UHGV virus genome: UHGV-0349119
Length of the DNA: 16,624 nt
Reading direction: 5' to 3' (one strand)
From: a virus
The notes under the pieces are model-generated. The model made no database searches, was not told the origin of the DNA, and worked only from the letters and a program-made list of their open reading frames with translations. Position numbers and translations under genes: made by a program. The stretch's first letter is position 1, and every line of letters begins with the position of its first letter. Below, piece after piece: positions 1-6,747 of this stretch.

Positions 1-117
1 CGTTACGCACCACCCCGTCAGTAGCTGAACAGGAGGGACAGCTGATAGAAACAGAAGCCACTGGAGCACCTCAAAAACACCATCATACACTAAATCAGTA
101 AGTTGGCAGCATCACCC
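1..117. other. p15A-replicon-like plasmid/vector backbone segment (reverse orientation)
   Basis: Reverse complement of nt 1-117 reads GGGTGATGCTGCCAACTTACTGATTTAGTGTATGATGGTGTTTTTGAGGTGCTCCAGTGGCTTCTGTTTCTATCAGCTGTCCCTCCTGTTCAGCTACTGACGGGGTGGTGCGTAACG. I recognise this from memory as the sequence just upstream of the p15A origin in pACYC184-family plasmids. Similarity stops at 117/118. Confidence 0.55.
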
Positions 118-227
118 TATGCATCGAAGAGTATTATTCTGCTACCGGAATTTATAATTATGATGATGCTGATGAGCAAACTGAGTTACTTAAAAATGCA
201 TTAAGGGACTATAAAATGGCTCACTAG
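118..227 (+). pseudogene. 3' remnant of an ORF truncated at the 117/118 junction (ends ...YDDADEQTELLKNALRDYKMAH*)
   Basis: Frame is open from the junction to TAG at 225-227 with no start codon in the retained part; AT-rich like the island cargo. The same frame hits a stop inside the vector-like segment, so it is not a fusion. Confidence 0.25.
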
Positions 228-302
228 TGAAAAGAGGCTAACTTGTATTAGCTCAAACTTGATCTTACACTTTTACTGCATAGGGCTTAACCTAAGCTGA
301 CA

Positions 303-326
303 GTCCGCTCTGTGCCAGAAGCGGAC
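303..326. promoter_or_regulatory. perfect inverted repeat GTCCGCT-N10-AGCGGAC upstream of ORF 549-1601
   Basis: 7-bp arms at 303-309 and 320-326 are exact reverse complements; overlaps the repeated 20-nt motif at 310-329. Confidence 0.5.
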
Positions 327-329
327 GTT
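310..329 (+). repeat. 20-nt motif CTGTGCCAGAAGCGGACGTT (copy 1 of 2)
   Basis: 18/20 identical to 3122-3141 (CTGTGTCAGAAGCGGACATT). Its last 10 nt are the reverse complement of AACGTCCGCT at 4311-4320. Confidence 0.6.
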
Positions 330-400
330 AGCCATAGTGAATAATGCACAATGCAGTGACTGGATACAGATATGGGAAACTATTACTTTTAAAGTCCGAC

Positions 401-431
401 ATTCTTGATTCTTGATTCTTGATTCTTGATT
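401..431. repeat. tandem heptamer repeat (ATTCTTG) x 4.4
   Basis: Four exact ATTCTTG units at 401-428 followed by partial ATT; about 120 nt upstream of the ORF at 549. Confidence 0.9.
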
Positions 432-440
432 ACTTAATCT
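412..440 (+). promoter_or_regulatory. weak candidate sigma70 promoter (TTGATT, 17-nt spacer, TAATCT) embedded in the heptamer array
   Basis: -35-like TTGATT at 412-417 is one of the repeat units; -10-like TAATCT at 435-440. Both hexamers are weak matches; by-eye only. Confidence 0.2.
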
Positions 441-548
441 AAGTAACCGTGCATTTTTATCCAGCTTCAACTATCCAATGAACCAGTATGTTCTGTAACA
501 TAAAAGCAGGCTATTTAGCCCACAATCAATTGATAATTAGGCACTTAT

Positions 549-1601
549 ATGAAACTAAAAAAAATGCTTGAAATGGATTTCATCAAGGAGTTTCAAGAGC
601 ACCTAGAAACTGACTTTGAGCATGAACTCTTACATGCCAGTCTTCGCAACTATTGTTCTCATGGTAATCCTCTGCGCTTCAACAACTTTGCATTTGCAAT
701 ACGTGAGCTAATAAATCATGTGCTGAAACGACTGGCACCAAATGACAGAGTTATGGCGTCTCCATGGTTCACTAAAAACAAAAATAACGCCACTGTTACC
801 CGTAAACAGCAAGCAAAATACATCGCCCAGAAGCATATACCCGATCAACTTCTTGATGATGTAGCTATCGAAAGACTAGATGATGGTATAGCATGGTTCA
901 ATAAAAACTATTCTTCTTTAAACGATTACACCCATATTAGCGAACATTCATTTGATAGTAACCCCAAACAGTTTTTTGAGAGTGCTAAACTAATAATAGA
1001 ACTGTGTAACATAATATTCGATACCTTCGATGAACTTGAGCGTGTTATTACCGAATCAATAATCGAGGAAGTACAGAATGAAGTTACTGACATCACAATG
1101 AATAATATCCCTGACGAACTGGATATATTATCTTCACAAACAACTGTTGATTGGTGCAATGTTGAATCCATTGAGTTGCTGAACCTTGACGAAAATTATA
1201 TTTATCTTTTGGTGCGCGGAATAGTTGAAATTACTAGGCAATACGGGCGTGGTGAGGATTACTTTGCACAGCAAGATTCTTATCCCTTCAAGTTTGCAGT
1301 CTCTATTCGCACTGATAATTTCAATTTAATAGCACCATTACTTAACACTGTAGTAGTGGATACAGGCTCATGGTATGACGATGGCGAAGGATCTGCTCAT
1401 TATGACACAATTTATACAACCTCCAGATTTTTGGAGATGATCTCACATATAAAAATTAAACCAAAAACAAAGAGAAGATTGTTTCCTGAGCTTAGTACAG
1501 TAGTAACACTAGGGATTCATGAAAGTGAAGGTATATCAGAATCGGTCGTCCCAGAAATATGTCATCTAAATCAAGGAAGCTTCAATTTAACTGAATTTTA
1601 G
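549..1601 (+). CDS. hypothetical acidic protein, 350 aa (candidate system gene A); no recognised domain
   Basis: Long ORF in AT-rich DNA, followed 16 nt later by the next ORF (operon-like). No Walker A motif. No clear Shine-Dalgarno at 549; in-frame ATGs at codons 5 and 9 are alternative starts. Confidence 0.6.
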   Translation: MKLKKMLEMDFIKEFQEHLETDFEHELLHASLRNYCSHGNPLRFNNFAFAIRELINHVLKRLAPNDRVMASPWFTKNKNNATVTRKQQAKYIAQKHIPDQLLDDVAIERLDDGIAWFNKNYSSLNDYTHISEHSFDSNPKQFFESAKLIIELCNIIFDTFDELERVITESIIEEVQNEVTDITMNNIPDELDILSSQTTVDWCNVESIELLNLDENYIYLLVRGIVEITRQYGRGEDYFAQQDSYPFKFAVSIRTDNFNLIAPLLNTVVVDTGSWYDDGEGSAHYDTIYTTSRFLEMISHIKIKPKTKRRLFPELSTVVTLGIHESEGISESVVPEICHLNQGSFNLTEF

Positions 1602-1617
1602 GATTATCTATGGAGAG

Positions 1618-3018
1618 ATGAAAATGTCTAATAAGATCTATAGCCTACAAAGAATGCCTACTGAAGCATTTAAGATATTTGCAATGTCATTGCCACATGG
1701 GCCTAATTATGGTAATGCGGAATTACTTTCCGCTTGGTCAAATGAAAAAGGGCTTGGATATGGTGCAGTCCTTCAATACAGCAAAAATTCATATGGCCTT
1801 GTTGTGCTCAGGCGACGGGAAGATTATGTGCTGGTACCTCTCGAGCATGAGATGTGTTTTACCGAGCAGGAGGCATTGGTGCATCTTGATAAGCACCTTT
1901 CAGCCGGAGGAGATTTATTACCGATTCCATCTGGGCAATCACGTAGAGCCCGACTGGATCATGTTGGTGAGCGGAATGTTTGTCAGGCATTTATACAATT
2001 ATCGTCCACGATAAAGTACCGAGGAGCATTTCATTTAATTGTCGAGCTCTATCTGGCATTACCAAAACCTGATGATAACTTCAGAACCGATCTCCAGACC
2101 CAAGGATTCAACTCTAGAATCTGGGAGCTATACCTTTTCGCATGTTTTAAAGAGCAGGGAATTAAAGTTTTTCAAGATTATCCATCTCCGGATTTTATGC
2201 TCATGAACGGTAATAACAAAGCATATGTTGAGGCGGTCACCGCGAATCCAACTGGTCCGGGCAGCCTAAAGTTGCCTCAAACACAATTCCCCCCCGGAGA
2301 TCGATTAGCTCGCACAGCAGGTGATATGGCAGCACGGTTCGCTAAGACCATCAGATCTAAACTCCAGAGAAAGTATGAAGAACTACCGCATGTTAAAGGA
2401 TTTCCATTTGCAATCGCTATAGCGGATTTTAGCGGTGGGGGCACTATGGTCTGGTCTCGCGAGTCACTTCCAACCTATTTGTATGGGCAAACCGCACATA
2501 CAGTCAAAACATCCAAAGGTATGAAGGCTGCTGCATTATCAATTGAAAAGCTTTTAGGCCATGTAAATATTCCGGCAGGACTATTTAACCACCCAGAGAT
2601 TGAAAATTTATCTGCTATCTTGTTTAGTAATGCTGGAACATTGCCAAAATTCCAGCGAATGGCAATCCAAGCTGAATTTTCCTCACCTATTGTGAAAGCC
2701 CGCAGGGTTGGGATTTTATTTGATAGGACTGAAGGGGCCTTGGAACCAATTGACTTCGATCTAGATATTCAATCGCCTGAATATATTAATCTTTGCGATG
2801 GCAAAGAATTTTGGTGTTTTGAACTTGAAGTATTTCATAACCCTAATGCTGCTTATCCAATGTCCCATGATTTCCTGCCGGGGGCAACACATTGGTTTGA
2901 ACACAATGGAGAGATCATCTGTGAGACCCAATGGAAAAACCAGGTACTTGCATCAGTAACCGAGTTTAGTATTGTTCCAGATGTCGCCGATAAACTCAAA
3001 GCCAAGGAAAAGCCGTGA
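1618..3018 (+). CDS. hypothetical protein, 466 aa (candidate system gene B); possible degenerate PD-(D/E)xK-like core
   Basis: GGAGAG at 1612-1617 is well spaced for the ATG at 1624 (the 1618 ATG is in frame). Residues E170, PD191-192 and E205 (WELYLFA...SPDFMLMNGNNKAYVEAVT) loosely resemble a nuclease core but lack the canonical Lys. No NTPase motif. Confidence 0.65.
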   Translation: MKMSNKIYSLQRMPTEAFKIFAMSLPHGPNYGNAELLSAWSNEKGLGYGAVLQYSKNSYGLVVLRRREDYVLVPLEHEMCFTEQEALVHLDKHLSAGGDLLPIPSGQSRRARLDHVGERNVCQAFIQLSSTIKYRGAFHLIVELYLALPKPDDNFRTDLQTQGFNSRIWELYLFACFKEQGIKVFQDYPSPDFMLMNGNNKAYVEAVTANPTGPGSLKLPQTQFPPGDRLARTAGDMAARFAKTIRSKLQRKYEELPHVKGFPFAIAIADFSGGGTMVWSRESLPTYLYGQTAHTVKTSKGMKAAALSIEKLLGHVNIPAGLFNHPEIENLSAILFSNAGTLPKFQRMAIQAEFSSPIVKARRVGILFDRTEGALEPIDFDLDIQSPEYINLCDGKEFWCFELEVFHNPNAAYPMSHDFLPGATHWFEHNGEIICETQWKNQVLASVTEFSIVPDVADKLKAKEKP

Positions 3019-3102
3019 TTGCTTGATGCAAGCATATTCTTGAAAGAAGAAAATTGACAAGATTTAAAACTAATAATGAAGGGGGGAATGTTACGAGGTT
3101 GT

Positions 3103-3124
3103 CAGGGCTGCAACAGCAGCCCTG
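3103..3124 (+). promoter_or_regulatory. stable hairpin (9-bp stem CAGGGCTGC/GCAGCCCTG, loop AACA) 85 nt after the ORF-B stop
   Basis: Exact reverse-complement arms seen directly. No immediate T-tract, so not a classic intrinsic terminator; could be an attenuator, RNA-stability element or protein-binding site. Confidence 0.35.
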
Positions 3125-3141
3125 TGTCAGAAGCGGACATT
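3122..3141 (+). repeat. 20-nt motif CTGTGTCAGAAGCGGACATT (copy 2 of 2), about 55 nt upstream of ORF 3195
   Basis: 18/20 identity to 310-329. Confidence 0.6.
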
Positions 3142-3194
3142 TTAAGCATTCGAGTGTAAGGTCTGTTTTTTAATTTGTAATTTTAGGAGGTAAC

Positions 3195-4148
3195 ATGCCA
3201 AAGAAAAGACGGTCTATTAGCCAGGTAAAAGAAGACATTTCAATCAGGGTTCTGCGGGAAAAACTACCTCGCGAATGGGTCGTACATAGCTATGGCGCTG
3301 ACTATGGTATTGATTGCGTTGTTGAATTATTTGATTTTATTGATGACAGTGAAAGTATTGCAGAAACCCTTGGTGAAAACTTCTTTGTACAACTAAAATC
3401 TTCAGATTGTATTGAATATTGTACACGTAAAGCCTATGCTCGTGGAAATGTAACCAAAGGAAAGTTAACAGAAGATAAAAGCGATTTTGTCGAAATCCCT
3501 GTCGCAAAATTCAAGTTAGATATATCAGACATTTTGACTGTTCAGTCTATAGGTATTGCAATTCCAGTATTATTGATACTAGTTGACACTAATACAGAAA
3601 AGGCATTTTTTATTTGCCTTAATGATTACATAGATAAAGTTCTCATACCAGAAGACCCGAATTATTCTAAAAAAGACTCAAAGACTATATATATACCTCT
3701 TGAAAATGAAATTCTGGATGATGAAGATGCGCTTGTTCCATTACGTGCATATGGTAAAAGATCAAAAATGTATGGCGCATTCTCACTTTTTAACTATCAA
3801 TTAAAAGAAATAAACCGATTACAAGGTAAAGCGGCCGTACAATTTCCTGTCTCTTTCGATGAAGCTATAGAGATGGTAAATAACTTTATTGTAATTGCTC
3901 TTAGACAAGATATATGGTCTGGTCATGAATTTTGGAAGCCGATGGTATCGAGCCAAAAGGAGTTGATCCAACTTCAAATAGATATTGATAAAGAGGTAAA
4001 ACCTGAACATTATGAACATTTTTTGAGTTACTGTTCCGAAGTGGTTTGGCATAAGTTAACAAATCTTTCAAATATGTATGAGGAGCTTGTTAGAGAATGG
4101 TTCATGCCAACCTTGCTAGCGACATTAACATCAGCCCGCCCTAAATAA
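3195..4148 (+). CDS. hypothetical protein, 317 aa, with N-terminal Mrr/DUF4365-like PD-(D/E)xK nuclease-fold motif (candidate system gene C)
   Basis: Strong RBS AGGAGG 4 nt before the ATG. N-terminal GADYGIDCVVEL...FFVQLK (D36/D40, E44, Q66-x-K68) matches the D...E...QxK pattern I recall for DUF4365 and Mrr-like restriction folds. Domain call is from memory. Confidence 0.7.
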   Translation: MPKKRRSISQVKEDISIRVLREKLPREWVVHSYGADYGIDCVVELFDFIDDSESIAETLGENFFVQLKSSDCIEYCTRKAYARGNVTKGKLTEDKSDFVEIPVAKFKLDISDILTVQSIGIAIPVLLILVDTNTEKAFFICLNDYIDKVLIPEDPNYSKKDSKTIYIPLENEILDDEDALVPLRAYGKRSKMYGAFSLFNYQLKEINRLQGKAAVQFPVSFDEAIEMVNNFIVIALRQDIWSGHEFWKPMVSSQKELIQLQIDIDKEVKPEHYEHFLSYCSEVVWHKLTNLSNMYEELVREWFMPTLLATLTSARPK

Positions 4149-4196
4149 TAATAGCAATGCTACGCAAAAGCATCCTAGCCCTAAATTCTTAAATAA

Positions 4197-4223
4197 GGGC
4201 TTCATATCAAATTGAAGCCTTTG
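4197..4223. terminator. candidate stem-loop between convergent genes (GGCTTCA, 8-nt loop, TGAAGCC, then TTTG)
   Basis: 7-bp exact inverted repeat at 4198-4204 and 4213-4219 with a short T-run; lies about 50 nt past the ORF-C stop. May serve both convergent transcripts. Confidence 0.3.
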
Positions 4224-4408
4224 TGAACAATAGAAACAACACTAAAAGACACCCCTATCACATTTAGTTGAATAGAAAAATAATAATGCGCCCACGACGA
4301 TACAATTACTAACGTCCGCTCCTCGCTCAAAGCAGACTGTCAGATTTGATTGCATTTTGCCTACGCAAACTGTCAGTTCGAGCCTGAGCTAATACAGCTA
4401 ACTGGATG

Positions 4409-4636
4409 TTAGCCTTTTTTAATTTTATTTTTAGATTGTTCAATGTGATGATTTAACACTTCTCTCTTTGCCTCTTCATAGGTTAGCTCTCCATTGATTA
4501 CCTTATTTTTTATTTCATTAAAAAATGAGGAGCCTTTGGGATCTTTACTTGATAAAAAAAGACTGGCTTCAGCTCTCCGAAAAGCTTCTTTCCTTGCTTC
4601 TATAGAAAATGAATTAGCAGGGTTATTTTTGTTCAT
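4409..4636 (-). CDS. small helical protein, 75 aa; loosely VbhA/YhfG-antitoxin-like but lacking the inhibitory Glu motif
   Basis: Overlaps the stop of the upstream membrane-protein gene by 14 nt (coupled). Segment RRAEASLFLSSKDP...VINGELTYEE resembles the pattern I recall for VbhA/YhfG small proteins; weak. Confidence 0.4.
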   Translation of the reverse strand: MNKNNPANSFSIEARKEAFRRAEASLFLSSKDPKGSSFFNEIKNKVINGELTYEEAKREVLNHHIEQSKNKIKKG

Positions 4637-5513
4637 AAGTTGAAGTGCCCTTATTATTTATATTCGGGATGTTTTTATCTACAAGAGTTAGTCTTAACTC
4701 CGAGAATTTATTTCCTGATATTTTATAACACTGATTTTCATTTTTTTCAATATAAAGAGATTTGCTTTCTGCGCTACCACATGTCGTAGATGTTCTTGCA
4801 TCAAGAAAAATAAACTTTTCTTGAAATCTTTCAATATATTTCATTGCTGTCATGCTAATAATAAAAAGAGCAACTGACACAGCAAAAAGGGATAAGCCTG
4901 ATACTAAACGATTAAAATTAAATTTCCTTTTAATAACTAATGAACTGGCTAGATTGACCATGTTATAGGGGACCATAATTATGAGTCCTATTAATATTAT
5001 TTTTTCAGGAAGATTGTTCACTTGTATATGATGTTGAGCCAAGTTTCCAATATATACTGAAATCATAGAGGATATTACTATTTTTGCTGGGGATACATCT
5101 CGCAAAAATATGTATATATAGACTGTAGTTGCACAAATCATTGCTCCTATTGGAAATGAGAGCATGAAAGCATAAGCTAATGTTGAGTAATTAAGATTTT
5201 CTGGGGCTATACCATAAGCTATGTCAAGCTTAAACTTTGCGATCCATAAGCATACTGAATATGTAAAGCCAGTTACGCCCCACTTAACCACTGTATTATT
5301 AAATACTTTATTTAATAAATCACGATATCCTATGTATACACTGGTTAATAAAGCTATAGATGATAGAAAAATTGGAGCGGCAATGTATATATTTTCTAGC
5401 CATAATGGGTTTTCTACAATCAAGTATCCAAAAGGTATTAAGTATATTATAGCCAATAGTTGAGGGTTGTTTAATTTGGATGATGCGTCAACCAAATTAT
5501 TTTTATATTCCAT
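4623..5513 (-). CDS. polytopic inner-membrane protein, 296 aa, unknown function
   Basis: Several long hydrophobic segments consistent with 7-8 TM helices and a polar C-terminal tail. AAGGA RBS overlaps the integrase stop; ATG at 5511-5513 is 9 nt after it (operon-like). Very AT-rich. Confidence 0.65.
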   Translation of the reverse strand: MEYKNNLVDASSKLNNPQLLAIIYLIPFGYLIVENPLWLENIYIAAPIFLSSIALLTSVYIGYRDLLNKVFNNTVVKWGVTGFTYSVCLWIAKFKLDIAYGIAPENLNYSTLAYAFMLSFPIGAMICATTVYIYIFLRDVSPAKIVISSMISVYIGNLAQHHIQVNNLPEKIILIGLIIMVPYNMVNLASSLVIKRKFNFNRLVSGLSLFAVSVALFIISMTAMKYIERFQEKFIFLDARTSTTCGSAESKSLYIEKNENQCYKISGNKFSELRLTLVDKNIPNINNKGTSTYEQK

Positions 5514-5522
5514 ATAACGTCC

Positions 5523-6596
5523 TTATTTCAACTTTAACGCCAAATCTTCAGCTTTTGGATGATAATACCGCATTAGCATTCTTGGATCTTTATGTCCTGT
5601 AATTTTGGTCAGTTCATGCATAGGGAAAATTTCAGCAAGTCGAGAAGTTGCTTCATGTCGAAGGTCATGAAATCTTAAATCTTTAAGGAATGATTCATCA
5701 CATAATGAGTTTGTTTTCTCGTATCGTTCTCTGGCTCGTTTTACAGCTCGGTCAAAAGCTCGGGTAATCGCGTCTGCACGCATATCAAAAACCTTATCAG
5801 CAGCTGGCTTAGAATGTTCCTTGAGACTGGACAGTATCGTGATGGCTTTCGTTGATAAAGGGACATCGCGGGCATTACCATTCTTAGTATCCGGCAGATG
5901 TGCAACTCGCCGATCAAGATCGATAAAGCGCCATCGAAGATCTGCGATTTCGCTACGGCGCATGGCTGTCTCTAACGCCAGAAGAATGATTGCTGGCAAT
6001 ACTAATGAATGTGTTGCGGCGATGATATGTTCGATCTCGTTGGCTATTTCCTTTCCTGACGTAACACCGGTTTTCTCAGAAACTACAGGCAGCGCTTCCA
6101 GGCGTCTGGTCCTGGAGTTCTTGGGTTGAGGTTTGCGAATGGCCTCTACGGGGTTCAGCAGGCTCTCCATGCCCCATTCTTTCCGCGAAACGTTGAATAC
6201 ATGAGAAAGTAAGGCCAAACGCCTTAAAACGGTTGCAGGGGCATAGATTTTCAACCATTCATCTCTCAGCTTGGCGACATCGGCACTCCTGATGCTGGCC
6301 ATATAGTTTTTCGCCAGCTGAGTGCCTTTTAGTATCCGCACCAATGATTGGTCTTGCACTGCCCCTTTTTTGTCGGGAACAATCTCTTTTTCATATCGCG
6401 TTAGGGCTTCATACAATGTCGTAGATTCCGCTTCGCTGCGGCTAAGCCAAACTCCTCTCGCCATTTCTGACTCGATCATTTTGGCCCAAGCTTCTGCTTC
6501 TACTTTGGTGTTAAAGGTTTTGGTTTGAGAGGGAAAACCTCGTTTACGGATTTGAGCTTCCCATTGGTAGTTACCACGTTTGCGTATAGTCGCCAT
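5523..6596 (-). CDS. tyrosine recombinase / phage-type integrase of the AT-rich island
   Basis: C-terminal HDLRHEATSRLAE...LMRYYH matches the catalytic R-H-R-Y box region. Preferred start is the ATG at 6594-6596 (MATIRKRGNYQWEAQ...) with an AGGAA RBS; the ORF track's start at 6626 is a TTG. Confidence 0.85.
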   Translation of the reverse strand: MATIRKRGNYQWEAQIRKRGFPSQTKTFNTKVEAEAWAKMIESEMARGVWLSRSEAESTTLYEALTRYEKEIVPDKKGAVQDQSLVRILKGTQLAKNYMASIRSADVAKLRDEWLKIYAPATVLRRLALLSHVFNVSRKEWGMESLLNPVEAIRKPQPKNSRTRRLEALPVVSEKTGVTSGKEIANEIEHIIAATHSLVLPAIILLALETAMRRSEIADLRWRFIDLDRRVAHLPDTKNGNARDVPLSTKAITILSSLKEHSKPAADKVFDMRADAITRAFDRAVKRARERYEKTNSLCDESFLKDLRFHDLRHEATSRLAEIFPMHELTKITGHKDPRMLMRYYHPKAEDLALKLK

Positions 6597-6684
6597 TTCT
6601 GTCTGATTCCTAACGAACTGTGGCAATATTGTGGCAAAAAATCCATTTAAATTCGATAGGTATTGATTTTACAAGATCAATTTA

Positions 6685-6733
6685 CGCATTCGTAATGCGA
6701 AGGTCGTAGGTTCGACTCCTATTATCGGCACCA
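6685..6733 (+). tRNA. thrW: 3' fragment (anticodon stem to CCA, about 49 nt) of tRNA-Thr(CGU); att core repeat, not an intact gene
   Basis: CGCATTCGTAATGCGAAGGTCGTAGGTTCGACTCCTATTATCGGCACCA carries the anticodon loop with CGT, the T-arm GGTTCGACTCC and the acceptor 3' end plus CCA. The preceding sequence (aagatcaattta) is not a tRNA 5' half. thrW is the att site of P22/SfV-type phages. Confidence 0.75.
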
Positions 6734-6747
6734 TTTAAATCAATAAG

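Larger units (their letters stand above)
118..6684. mobile_element. AT-rich integrase-bearing genomic island (left end cut by the 117/118 junction), bounded on the right by a tRNA-Thr 3' core
   Basis: Visibly lower G+C than the prophage to the right; tyrosine integrase at 5523-6596 ends about 90 bp from the partial tRNA-Thr core; cargo ORFs have no recognisable housekeeping function. Confidence 0.5.

Noticed and set aside
310-329. LexA/SOS box in the shared motif
   Set aside because: CTGT is present but the partner 8 nt downstream is CGGA, not ACAG, so it does not fit the CTGT-N8-ACAG consensus.
401-431. Possible CRISPR array
   Set aside because: Units are 7 nt, directly abutting with no spacers, and there are no cas genes; it is a simple tandem repeat.
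273-470. 65-aa ORF on the minus strand
   Set aside because: It is read through the heptamer tandem repeat (giving the repetitive ...NQESRIKNQE... peptide) and lies in the leader of the cargo operon with no RBS; most likely non-coding.
702-719. HEPN-like R-x4-H motif (AIRELINH) in ORF-A
   Set aside because: A single Rx4-6H match is expected by chance in a 350-aa protein and no other HEPN feature is visible; not used as evidence.
4623-5513. Membrane protein as an O-antigen acetyltransferase (Oac) or GtrC-like serotype-conversion enzyme
   Set aside because: It is shorter than typical GtrC proteins and lacks the N-terminal Arg/Asp acyltransferase-3 motifs I would expect for Oac; left as unknown.
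6685-6733. Intact tRNA-Thr gene
   Set aside because: Only the 3' 49 nt are present; the sequence upstream cannot form the acceptor or D arms.
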